DNA of 64,000 nucleotides from a virus, in the IMG/VR virus record IMGVR_UViG_3300013137_000018, positions 2,773 through 66,772 of that record, one strand, 5' to 3'. Shown one piece after another: positions 43,214 through 52,379 of this stretch; position 1 is the first letter of the stretch; each line of letters opens with the position of its first letter. A program made the translations under genes and the position numbers. The notes beneath the pieces are model-generated. The model searched no databases. It was not told the origin of the DNA and worked only from the letters and a program-made list of their open reading frames with translations.

Positions 43214-43885
43214 TTAAGGTTTGTATAAAGGATTAGGTTTTATAACGGATGGACCTCTTTTTCCATTATCCATCATCTGACTAAATGATAGATAAGAAAA
43301 TTTACCAGTACCAATAAGTTTATTATTAAAAGTGTGTGATGCCGAATTCCAAATTAATTCTATATGCCATAAAACTAATTCCGAATTTTTATCATCGAAT
43401 TCAATTTCTACAACAGTATCAAAACGTCCACCATATCTCATTGCACTAGTTGATATTTTTTCTGGATATAAATTCCAATTATTTCTAGCATATTTCCAAA
43501 CATCAAAAACAAGTGGATTAATATTATTATATTCTATAAATTGTTTTATTGTATTTTCATCTCTTACAGCTTCTTTTTCATGTAATACATTAATTGAATA
43601 TTTTTGACCTGGTTTCCAATCAGGTGTTTCTTTTTTCATATTTGAATGCTTCCAATTTTTCAATTCTTCTATTGGAAATCTTCTTACCATCGGCTTTTTA
43701 CCAAATCTCTCTTTTAGTGCTACCCAATTATTACCTATATCTACTATTTCATATTCTAAAACTTCTGGTGAAAAAATTATATCACCTTCTTTTGCATATA
43801 AAATACCACCTACTCTAATTTGATTTGGTTTTTTACTAATTGAAACTTCATTAACAAATTCAATATATTTATTTAAGTTTTTCAT
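43214..43885 (-). CDS. Hypothetical protein with capsid-targeting-like leader
   Basis: MKNLNKYIEFVNE. Confidence 0.7.
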   Translation of the reverse strand: MKNLNKYIEFVNEVSISKKPNQIRVGGILYAKEGDIIFSPEVLEYEIVDIGNNWVALKERFGKKPMVRRFPIEELKNWKHSNMKKETPDWKPGQKYSINVLHEKEAVRDENTIKQFIEYNNINPLVFDVWKYARNNWNLYPEKISTSAMRYGGRFDTVVEIEFDDKNSELVLWHIELIWNSASHTFNNKLIGTGKFSYLSFSQMMDNGKRGPSVIKPNPLYKP

Positions 43886-43900
43886 AATGTTTTTATTTTT

Positions 43901-44035
43901 TTATATAGATACTATTAATGTTGTCGAATCAGGTGTATAGCATTTAAATCCAAGGTCTTCTTCTAATCTTTTTCTACCTTTTTTTAAATCTGATACTTCA
44001 TCAAAAATTATTTTAATATCATCACCTTCTTTCAT
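43901..44035 (-). CDS. Small ORF (44 aa) coupled by ATGA overlap, or frameshifted tail of the upstream gene
   Basis: MKEGDDIKIIFDEVSDLKKGRKRLEEDLGFKCYTPDSTTLIVSI; not in the ORF track. Confidence 0.45.
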   Translation of the reverse strand: MKEGDDIKIIFDEVSDLKKGRKRLEEDLGFKCYTPDSTTLIVSI

Positions 44036-44400
44036 ATGAATGGATCAATATCAGCCAATTTTGTTATTACATTATCCATAAAATTTTCTTGTGTAGTATA
44101 ATGTTTGGCTTCATTAACAAATTCAGAATATTTCAACACCTTTCTCTCCATCTTATTTAAAACTCTATCTCCATTAATATGGTCTGAATCTGTTTTATCA
44201 TCCAAAATTCTTATATTTAAAGATTTTAATAATTTTTCACCACATTCTTCTATAGATACGCCATTATTAAAATCTTGGTTTACTATAGGCATAATATTAT
44301 CTTTATTAAGTTCCTTAATAACATCATTAATTTCTGATGGTGTATTAAGATTATTCTTTATATATTCTTGTATTTGTTCAAAATATGTTGAAATATCCAT
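44032..44400 (-). CDS. Hypothetical protein with an internal capsid-targeting-like motif
   Basis: KVLKYSEFVNEA; TTTTAATATATA motif upstream at 44421-44432. Confidence 0.65.
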   Translation of the reverse strand: MDISTYFEQIQEYIKNNLNTPSEINDVIKELNKDNIMPIVNQDFNNGVSIEECGEKLLKSLNIRILDDKTDSDHINGDRVLNKMERKVLKYSEFVNEAKHYTTQENFMDNVITKLADIDPFI

Positions 44401-44503
44401 ACCTTAATTATTTTTTAATTTATATATTAAAATTCAATTTTTAAAAATCTAATAAAAAATACACAAGCATCTTATTTAATTTATAAAAATTGGTAATATT
44501 TTA

Positions 44504-44655
44504 AAATGGACAAAAGAAAATGCAAGGAAGAATCATTAAAATATAATAACAGAACAGATTTTAGAAAAAAATCTAATGGTTCTTATAGTTCAGCTTTAAA
44601 AAATAAATGGTTAGAAGAAATTTGTTCACACATGAAAACCAAAAAAAGAAAATAA
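44504..44655 (+). pseudogene. Remnant of a homing-endonuclease-associated helical repeat
   Basis: KWTKE/CKEESLKYNNRTDFRKKSNGSYSSALKNKWLEEICSHM with a frameshift; no nuclease domain is left. Confidence 0.55.
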
Positions 44656-44677
44656 ACTATAAGAAATAAAAAAATTA

Positions 44678-46309
44678 ATGATAAAAATAAATGATAAATT
44701 AAATATTCATTTTCCTTTAAAACTTAAACCAAGGCAAGAACAGATAGCAGCATTAAATTTTTTAAAAGAAAGTATAAATAATGGTAAAAGATATGCAATG
44801 TTAAATTTACCAACAGGTATTGGCAAATCTTATTTAGTAATGATGTTTGCGAATTATTATAGAAATTATATTAATGAAAATGCAAAATTTGATATTCTTA
44901 CAAATTCAAAAATTCTTCAGAAACAATATATAAATGAATTTCCATTCATAAAAAATTATGAAGGTCGTGGAAATTATATATGTGATCCCCATGATAGTGA
45001 TTGCTCAAAAGGTTGGGAAATTTGTAAAGTTCTTGGTCCTCACTGTGACACAGAATGTCCATATGATAAAGCTAAAAAAAATTGGCAATGTTCAGAAATA
45101 GGTTTGACAAATTTTCATTTATTTAATACTATCGCTATTTATGTAAGAAAAATATTAGAAGGTCGTGATTCACATGTTCTTATTATAGATGAATCACATT
45201 CATTCGAAGAGGTGTTTTGCGATTTCATAACAACTTCTATATCGGCTCGATCATTAAAAAAGTACGGATTTAATATGAAAGAAATAGAAGATTATGATAG
45301 AACTTTGATGAGAATAAAAAAAGTTAGTGATTTTGTTGGATTTATTAAACATCAATTTAGTCAAGATGTGACCGATAAATATACATGGTTAGAGGATATG
45401 CTTAAAAATGCTACTCCAAAATTAAGACAAGAATATTCACAATATAAATCTCATTGCGAATCTCAATTAATGAAATTTAAATATTTTGTACAGGAATTTG
45501 AAAAAAAACCAGATAATTGGATTTTGGATATAACAAAAACTAATGATAAAATGTTTTCAGGATTACTTTTAGAATCAAAACCAGTATGGGGTAATGATTA
45601 TATAAAAGAAAAAGTATTCGACAAATATGATTTTATACTTTTTATGTCTGGATCAATTCTTGATAAAAACATGTTTTCTTATATAAATGGATTAGAACCA
45701 GAATTAACAACATATTTTGATGTGCCTTCGACATTCCCTCTAAATCGTAGACCAATTTATTATTTAAAAATTGGTAGTATGTCTATGAAAGAAAAAGAAG
45801 AAACATTAAAAAAACAATTAGAATATTTTAAAAAAATATTAAAAAAACACCAAAATGAAAAAGGCATAATTCATACCACTAATTATGAAAATTTAGAATA
45901 TATTCAAAAAAATTTAATGGATAAAAGACTAATATTTCATACACCAGAAAATAGAGACGAAATGTTAGAAAAACATATTAATGCTGATTATCCTTCTGTA
46001 ATAGTTTCGCCTTCGATGATTAGTGGAGTTGATTTAAAAGATGATTTATCAAGATTTCAAATCATACAAAAAATTCCATATCCGTTTCTCGGTTCAGAAA
46101 AGATTAAACAACGACAAAAAACAAAACCAGAATGGTATATTTGGAAAACAATTTGTGATTTGATACAATCTTATGGTCGTTCAATAAGAAGCCATGATGA
46201 TTATGCTACAACATATATTTTAGATTCTAATTTCTCAAATGTACTTAAATATAATTCTAAATTATTACCAAGGTGGTTCACTAATGCAATAAAAGAATTG
46301 AAGTTATAA
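44678..46309 (+). CDS. DinG/YoaA/XPD-family SF2 helicase with putative Fe-S cluster
   Basis: Q motif (PRQEQ), PTGIGKS, Cys cluster CDPHDSDC..C...C..CPY, IIDESH, MSGS, GVDLKDDLSRFQIIQKIPYP, QSYGRSIRSHDD, ILD. Confidence 0.9.
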   Translation: MIKINDKLNIHFPLKLKPRQEQIAALNFLKESINNGKRYAMLNLPTGIGKSYLVMMFANYYRNYINENAKFDILTNSKILQKQYINEFPFIKNYEGRGNYICDPHDSDCSKGWEICKVLGPHCDTECPYDKAKKNWQCSEIGLTNFHLFNTIAIYVRKILEGRDSHVLIIDESHSFEEVFCDFITTSISARSLKKYGFNMKEIEDYDRTLMRIKKVSDFVGFIKHQFSQDVTDKYTWLEDMLKNATPKLRQEYSQYKSHCESQLMKFKYFVQEFEKKPDNWILDITKTNDKMFSGLLLESKPVWGNDYIKEKVFDKYDFILFMSGSILDKNMFSYINGLEPELTTYFDVPSTFPLNRRPIYYLKIGSMSMKEKEETLKKQLEYFKKILKKHQNEKGIIHTTNYENLEYIQKNLMDKRLIFHTPENRDEMLEKHINADYPSVIVSPSMISGVDLKDDLSRFQIIQKIPYPFLGSEKIKQRQKTKPEWYIWKTICDLIQSYGRSIRSHDDYATTYILDSNFSNVLKYNSKLLPRWFTNAIKELKL

Positions 46310-46317
46310 AATAAAAA

Positions 46318-46335
46318 AAACCCACTAGTGGGTTT
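46318..46335. terminator. Bidirectional intrinsic terminator
   Basis: Palindrome AAACCCACTAGTGGGTTT flanked by A and T runs between convergent genes. Confidence 0.7.
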
Positions 46336-46340
46336 ATTTT

Positions 46341-46871
46341 TTAGTATCTACGAGATTCGTTTTTCTTTTTGTCTAGTTCTTCTTCGGCTTTTGATTTTTT
46401 CTCACCAGCTTTCTTTTTCTTTTGTTCTTCACGCCATTTTGCTAAACCAGCACCTTTTTCACCAGTTTTATATTCAGAAAAACTTTTTATTCTTTTCTCT
46501 TTCTTTTCTTTTGGACCAGGCACAGGTCTTTCTTTTTTAACAAATTTTTCAGCATCGGCAGGATCTTTTGCTTTATCGCCAATAAAATAGTAGGTACTAT
46601 TTTCTTTATTCTTGATAAAAGTTTCTCTTTCAACTTTTAACTTTGTTAATAAAGGATCATGAGCTAAATTATCAGCAACTTTTCTTGATATTTTATCAAT
46701 ACCCTTTTCTTCGAATTTAGCTTCGACCTTTTTAATCATTTCGTATCTATTCATTTTTTGTTTAGATAATTCATCTTTAAGAAATTCCATTACTTTCTTT
46801 TCCAATTCAACCACTTCAGCTTTTTTTGCTGCTTCGTTAATATTCAATGTGTCAAACCTTGCTAGTTTCAT
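46341..46871 (-). CDS. Lys/Glu-rich basic protein, possibly an internal head or DNA-binding protein
   Basis: MKLARFDTLNINEA leader; internal RIKSFSEYK. Confidence 0.65.
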   Translation of the reverse strand: MKLARFDTLNINEAAKKAEVVELEKKVMEFLKDELSKQKMNRYEMIKKVEAKFEEKGIDKISRKVADNLAHDPLLTKLKVERETFIKNKENSTYYFIGDKAKDPADAEKFVKKERPVPGPKEKKEKRIKSFSEYKTGEKGAGLAKWREEQKKKKAGEKKSKAEEELDKKKNESRRY

Positions 46872-46916
46872 TTTTTATTTAAATTATTTTTTTATTTATA
46901 TATTAATTTTAAAAAT

Positions 46917-47201
46917 CTATTTTTTTGGAGATTCTGAAAGTGGTATCCATTCTAATCCGTAACCTCTAATTCCTTTCCAGCCATCTTTTCTCCAATTTCT
47001 TAAATCTCTCATTAAGAAAAATAGTTCAGATTCAATATCTAATGTGAATAAAGTACCTGGAATGCCAATTTCATTTTCTTCATCATACAATGATTGTAAT
47101 TCGTTTAAAACTTCATCAAGATCATATTCGCCTCGCAACATTATAATTTTAGGATTAACTCTCAATCCTTCATTTAATTCACCAACTTTCTTTATCTTCA
47201 T
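46917..47201 (-). CDS. Small protein with capsid-targeting-like leader
   Basis: MKIKKVGELNE. Confidence 0.6.
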   Translation of the reverse strand: MKIKKVGELNEGLRVNPKIIMLRGEYDLDEVLNELQSLYDEENEIGIPGTLFTLDIESELFFLMRDLRNWRKDGWKGIRGYGLEWIPLSESPKK

Positions 47202-47259
47202 AACTGTAATATTATTTTATCTATGAATTAATTGTAACCATCTTTTAAAATCCATTAAT

Positions 47260-47382
47260 TCATTTTTCAACATCGTCCATTAATTCTTTATTTCTTTTAC
47301 TTATTTGGTTTTTTAAAGAATCATCCGTTATTAGTGTTTTTAAATCTTCGAATTTTTTAATGTGTTTCAATGTTATAAACAT
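47260..47382 (-). CDS. Small or truncated protein with capsid-targeting-like motif
   Basis: MFITLKHIKKFEDL, preceded by TTTTTATATATAAAA; may be frameshifted at an A-run near 47265. Confidence 0.4.
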   Translation of the reverse strand: MFITLKHIKKFEDLKTLITDDSLKNQISKRNKELMDDVEK

Positions 47383-47477
47383 TTTAATTTCTTTTATATA
47401 TAAAAATTCAAAAACAAAATACTTATTTTGTAATGATTTTTGATAATCTAAAGAGTGAATAAAACTATTTTTTAAAA

Positions 47478-48275
47478 TTAATATAAAAACAGTTATACTA
47501 AAGTAAAAATAATTTGTAAAAAACACGGAGTTTTTGAACAAAAACCAAATTCACACTTAAATATCATTCATAATAATAAATATGATTATTCAATGGTAGA
47601 ATATAAAAATTATAAGGAAAATGTAAAAATAATATGTCCAGAACATGGCGAATTTTATCAAAGAGTTAGTAATCATTTAAATGGTAATGGTTGCACAGAA
47701 TGTGATAATAAAAATAGAAGAAATAAAGATTATATCGAAAAGTGTAGACTAAAATTTAAAAATAAGTATGATTATTCATTGGTTGATTATAAAAATAATA
47801 AAACTAAAGTAAAAATAATTTGTAAAATACACGGAATTTTTGAACAATAAAAGACCATTTAAATGGAAATGATTGTTCCAATAAAAAAATGAATACAAAT
47901 CTATTTATTGAAAAATCAAAAATAATACATGGGAATTTATACGATTATTCATTAGTAGAATATAAAAACGCTTTTGAGAAAATAAAATAATAATATACAA
48001 TATGAATATCAAAAAAGTTTTGACGATTGTAAACATATTTTAAAACTACCATTCGATTTTTATATTCCAAACAAAAATTTATGTATAGAATATAATGGTA
48101 TGCAGCATTACAAACCAGTAGACTATTTCGGTGGGGAAGATGAGTTTAAACTAAGAAAAAAAGAGATAAAATAAAAAAAGATTTTTGTAAGGAATATGGA
48201 TTAAAATTAAAAATAATTTCATATAAAGATAATATTATTAAAAAAATAACTAAGATTTTAAATGCAGAAATATGA
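47478..48275 (+). pseudogene. Decayed homing endonuclease (DUF723-like YDYS..ICxxHG repeats plus Vsr-like nuclease)
   Basis: Fragments KVKIICKKHGVFEQ, YDYSMVEY..ICPEHGEF, LPFDFYIPNKNLCIEYNGMQHY..D..K..FC, interrupted by stops, frameshifts and deletions. Confidence 0.8.
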
Positions 48276-50049
48276 AAAATTAACTCCAATAGAACATGTC
48301 TTGAAAAGACCTGGTATGTACATTGGTGATAATCAAAATAATTTGAGAAATATATTTGTTGTTACAGATTCCGAATTAGATGAAATAAAATTAACGCAAA
48401 AAATAGTAAAATATAATCCTGGATTTTGTAAATTATTCGATGAAATTATTACTAATGCGGCAGATCATTGTATAAGAACACAAAAAGTAAAATATATTAA
48501 AGTTTATGTTTATCAAGATCACATAGAAGTAGAAAATGATGGACCAGGTATACCAATTGAAATGCACAAAGAACATAAATTGTATATACCCGAAATGATA
48601 TTCGGTCATTTACATAGCGGTTCTAATTTTGATGATTCTGAAGAAAGAACTTGGGGCGGAATGAATGGTTTAGGCGCTAAATTAACAAACATCTTTTCCA
48701 AAAAATTTATTATAGAGACTGGTGATGGCAAAAAGAATTATTATCAAGAATTTACAAACAATCTTGATAAAATAGAAAAACCATCTATTACAAAATCAAG
48801 CAAAAATTATACGAGAATATCTTATTATCCAGACTTTGAAAGATTTGGATTAGAATCTATAACACCCGAAATAGAACAAATTCTTATGAAAAGAGTTATA
48901 GATATTTCTGTTTATTGTCCTAAGGTTAAAGTTTATTATAATGATAAACAAATACCAATCAAGACTTTCAAAGATTACATGAAAATGTATCTTACACCAG
49001 AATCAGAAACATTCTATGAAAAATTAAATGAAGATTGGGAAATAGGTATATCATCTTCTTCCGATGATACATTTCAACAAGTTTCCATGGTTAATGGTAT
49101 AGCAACTATTAACGGTGGTTCTCATGTTAATCATGTTACTAATCAAATAGTTACACAAGTAATAGACACACTTCAAAAGAAACATAAAAAGATTAAGATA
49201 AAACCAGCTGATGTAAAAAATAAATTGTTTATATTTTTGAATAGTAAAGTTGTAAATCCTATTTTTGATGCACAGACAAAAGAAACATTGACAAGTAAAT
49301 TAACACAAAAAGACATTGGTGGTGTAAATGTTTCTGATAAATTAATAAAGCAATTATTACAATCTAATATAGTTGAAGATATTTTAAATTATATTCAATT
49401 AAAAGAAAACGCAGAATTAAAAAAATTAAATAAAGGTAAAGTATCAAAAGTTAAAGTAAAGAAACTTGATGATGCAAATTTTGCAGGAACATCACAATCT
49501 GAAAAGACTTATTTAGCATTAACTGAAGGTGATAGTGCAAAATCTTTTTGCATTAGTGGCTTTGAAAGTACAGGAAGGGATTATTGGGGGGTTTTTCCAT
49601 TAAAAGGAAAACCGTTGAATGTGCGTGATTCATCAATGGCTAAAATAAAAGAAAATGAAGAAATACAAAATATAGTTTCAGCATTAGGATTAGAATTTGG
49701 CAAAAAATATACTTCAACAAAGGAATTGAGATATGGTAATTTGGTATTAATAACAGATGCGGATTGTATAGAAGAAAATACTTTGATAAGAACTAAAAGA
49801 GGTGATATAAAAATAAAAGATTTGACATATGATGATTTAGTTTTAACTCATTCAGGAAAATATAGACGTATTAAAAAAATTATAAAAACAAATAAAAAAA
49901 AATACGTGGAGATTGAAATTAATGGAAAAATATTAAAAGTTAGTGAATATCATAAAATGATAGTTATTAGAGACGGTGAGCAGTTAGAATTGTTTGCAAA
50001 AGACATATTAAAAACAGATTTGTTATTATTTAGAAAAAATTCATCATAA
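48262..50049 (+). CDS. top2: Type IIA DNA topoisomerase N-terminal part (GHKL ATPase, transducer, TOPRIM N-half) ending in a split-intein N-fragment (94 aa, 49765-50046)
   Basis: EHVLKRPGMYIG, DEIITNAAD, NDGPGIP, GGMNGLGAKL, TEGDSA, FPLKGKPLN, ITDAD|CIEENTLI...SEYH, then stop. Confidence 0.92.
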   Translation: MQKYEKLTPIEHVLKRPGMYIGDNQNNLRNIFVVTDSELDEIKLTQKIVKYNPGFCKLFDEIITNAADHCIRTQKVKYIKVYVYQDHIEVENDGPGIPIEMHKEHKLYIPEMIFGHLHSGSNFDDSEERTWGGMNGLGAKLTNIFSKKFIIETGDGKKNYYQEFTNNLDKIEKPSITKSSKNYTRISYYPDFERFGLESITPEIEQILMKRVIDISVYCPKVKVYYNDKQIPIKTFKDYMKMYLTPESETFYEKLNEDWEIGISSSSDDTFQQVSMVNGIATINGGSHVNHVTNQIVTQVIDTLQKKHKKIKIKPADVKNKLFIFLNSKVVNPIFDAQTKETLTSKLTQKDIGGVNVSDKLIKQLLQSNIVEDILNYIQLKENAELKKLNKGKVSKVKVKKLDDANFAGTSQSEKTYLALTEGDSAKSFCISGFESTGRDYWGVFPLKGKPLNVRDSSMAKIKENEEIQNIVSALGLEFGKKYTSTKELRYGNLVLITDADCIEENTLIRTKRGDIKIKDLTYDDLVLTHSGKYRRIKKIIKTNKKKYVEIEINGKILKVSEYHKMIVIRDGEQLELFAKDILKTDLLLFRKNSS

Positions 50050-50051
50050 TC

Positions 50052-50078
50052 TATTGGCATTGTAATCCGAAAATATAA
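50052..50078 (+). pseudogene. Fossil fragment of a Vsr-like homing endonuclease in the intein spacer
   Basis: tat tgg cat tgt aat ccg aaa ata taa = YWHCNPKI*. Confidence 0.6.
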
Positions 50079-50115
50079 CAGATTTTAAAAATAAAAATAA
50101 AAATATAATATATTT

Positions 50116-52014
50116 ATGATAAATTTAAATGAATATGATTTTTATAAAATAGATAATGTTAGTATAAAAATTAATGATATAAAAGAAAAATATTACGATA
50201 TAGAAATAGAAGATGATAATACTTTTCATATTGTGTCAGATAATGATTTAATATTAACACACAATTGTGACGGAAGTCATATAAAGGGACTACTTATAAA
50301 TTTTTTCGAAAATTTTTTCCCAGAATTATTAACTTTAGATTTTATATATGAATTTGTAACCCCGATTATAAAGGCGGAATATAAAAATGATATAAAATAT
50401 TTTTACAAATTAAATGATTATACTAAATGGAAAAATACAAAAACATCAAATAATTATACAATCAAGTATTTTAAAGGGTTAGGTACATTAGAACCTTATG
50501 AGGCAAAAATGTTTTTTAAGGATATTAAAAAACATCTTATAAAATTTAATTATGATAAACCAATAGAAACAAAAGATATTATAGACCTAGTTTTCAATAA
50601 GAAGCGTTCAGATGATAGAAAAGAATGGTTGTTAAATTATAAACCAGGTATATTAATTGACAAATTTGGTGAAAAAACGACATATAATGATTTTTTTAAT
50701 AAAGAATTTATTGAATTTTCAATGTATGATAACATACGTTCTATACCTTCTGTTATTGACGGATTAAAACCTTCACAAAGGAAAATATTATATGCAACAT
50801 TAAAGAAAAAATTATTCAGTGATACCAAAGTCAGTCAATTTAGTGGATATGTTATAGAGCAGACATCGTATCACCATGGAAATGTGTCACTTGAAGATGC
50901 AATCGTGTCAATGGCTCAGGATTTTGTGGGGTCTAATAATTTAAATTTACTATTACCGAAAGGACAATTTGGTACTAGAATAAATGGTGGTAAAGACGCA
51001 GCATCCAGTAGATATATTTTTACAAAATTGAACCCCCTTACAAGATACATTTTCAAAGAAGAAGATGATGACATTTTAAATTATTTAGATGATGATGGTT
51101 TTTCTATTGAACCAGAATGGTACACACCAGTAATTCCTATGATTCTTATTAATGGTGCAGAAGGTATTGGAACAGGTTGGTCAACAAAACTACCAAACTA
51201 TGATCCTGCAGATATTATTAAATATTTAGTATTGAAAATAAAAGATAAAGATGTTGAACCATTACATCCTAAATATAAAGGATTTAAAGGAAAAATAGTA
51301 TTCGATTCTGAAAATAATAGATACATCACCAGAGGTATAATTAAAAAGGTTAATATGAGTACATTAAATATTAGCGAATTACCTATTGGTATGTGGAATG
51401 ATAAATATTATGAGATATTGGATGAACTTGTAAATGATAAAATTATTAAGGATTACTCTAAAAACGATACAGACACAAAGGTTGATATTACAATAAATAT
51501 ATCAAGAGAGAGTTTAAAAGATATTGAAAATAGATTGATTGAAACTTTCAAATTAGAAACATATTTAAGTATATCAAATATGCATCTTTTTAATAAAGAT
51601 GGTCAGATTCACAGATATGAAAGTATAGATGAAATTATAAATGAGTTTGTGGAAGTAAGACTCGAATTCTATGAAAAAAGAAAAGAGTATATTTTATCAC
51701 AATTAGAAAGAGATAGAAAGATTTTATTTAACAAGATGAAATTCATTAATGAAATTTTAAAAGGTTCATTAGAATTGAAAAATAAGAAACGAGATGAAAT
51801 TGAATCAAAGATGGAAGAATTAGAAATATCTAAACTCGATGATTCATATTCATATTTATTAAATATGTCTTTAGTGTCTTTGACTACTGAAAAATTGGCT
51901 GAATTAAAAAAGTTATATTCTGATAAAAAAGAAGAAATAGAAGCCTTGAGTAAGACTTCTATTAAACAACTTTGGTTAAAGGATCTTAATGACCTTTATA
52001 AGAAATTAGGTTAA
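50116..52014 (+). CDS. top2: Type IIA DNA topoisomerase C-terminal part (TOPRIM C-half plus GyrA/ParC-like core), led by a split-intein C-fragment (50 aa, 50116-50265)
   Basis: YYDIEIEDDNTF..ILTHN|CDGSHIKGLL, YFKGLGT, RSIPSVIDGLKPSQRK, YHHG, catalytic AASSRYI, NGAEGIGTGW. Confidence 0.92.
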   Translation: MINLNEYDFYKIDNVSIKINDIKEKYYDIEIEDDNTFHIVSDNDLILTHNCDGSHIKGLLINFFENFFPELLTLDFIYEFVTPIIKAEYKNDIKYFYKLNDYTKWKNTKTSNNYTIKYFKGLGTLEPYEAKMFFKDIKKHLIKFNYDKPIETKDIIDLVFNKKRSDDRKEWLLNYKPGILIDKFGEKTTYNDFFNKEFIEFSMYDNIRSIPSVIDGLKPSQRKILYATLKKKLFSDTKVSQFSGYVIEQTSYHHGNVSLEDAIVSMAQDFVGSNNLNLLLPKGQFGTRINGGKDAASSRYIFTKLNPLTRYIFKEEDDDILNYLDDDGFSIEPEWYTPVIPMILINGAEGIGTGWSTKLPNYDPADIIKYLVLKIKDKDVEPLHPKYKGFKGKIVFDSENNRYITRGIIKKVNMSTLNISELPIGMWNDKYYEILDELVNDKIIKDYSKNDTDTKVDITINISRESLKDIENRLIETFKLETYLSISNMHLFNKDGQIHRYESIDEIINEFVEVRLEFYEKRKEYILSQLERDRKILFNKMKFINEILKGSLELKNKKRDEIESKMEELEISKLDDSYSYLLNMSLVSLTTEKLAELKKLYSDKKEEIEALSKTSIKQLWLKDLNDLYKKLG

Positions 52015-52019
52015 TCCTA

Positions 52020-52379
52020 CTATTTCAATAGTAGCATTTGGATATTTTTGTTGTAATTGAGATTTGATGAAATTACACCAGAATAACCTGGACCGGGAGC
52101 CAAATTATAACTTTCATTGCTATGAAATTCCCATCCAACATTCCAATTGTAAATATCAAAACTTGTTATATTTTGCCATCCAATTTGTGGATTATGAGCT
52201 ATCATTAAAGTGTCATTACCTTGAACTACTCTATCATAATCCATTTTCCATTTAAAGTTAATTAATGAATATTGTAATTCCTTATTATTATCATATTTAT
52301 CTTTATCAGTATAGTATGATGCTGAAATTTTTAATATTTTTCCTGTTATAGGTTGAACAACATTCAATCTTATAATCAA
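52020..52379 (-). CDS. Hypothetical protein, possibly chimeric, at the end of the adhesin cassette
   Basis: TTGA overlap with the upstream gene. Confidence 0.45.
   Translation of the reverse strand: MIIRLNVVQPITGKILKISASYYTDKDKYDNNKELQYSLINFKWKMDYDRVVQGNDTLMIAHNPQIGWQNITSFDIYNWNVGWEFHSNESYNLAPGPGYSGVISSNLNYNKNIQMLLLK

Noticed and set aside
50047-50115. Single contiguous topo II intein broken by one sequencing error
   Set aside because: The spacer has several in-frame stops, and the second half has its own ATG and an A-rich leader
48262-52014. Eukaryotic or NCLDV origin suggested by the single-chain topo II
   Set aside because: The context (UvsW/UvsY, gp14-like neck, gp1-like kinase, fibres, intrinsic terminators, overlapping genes) is that of a tailed bacteriophage
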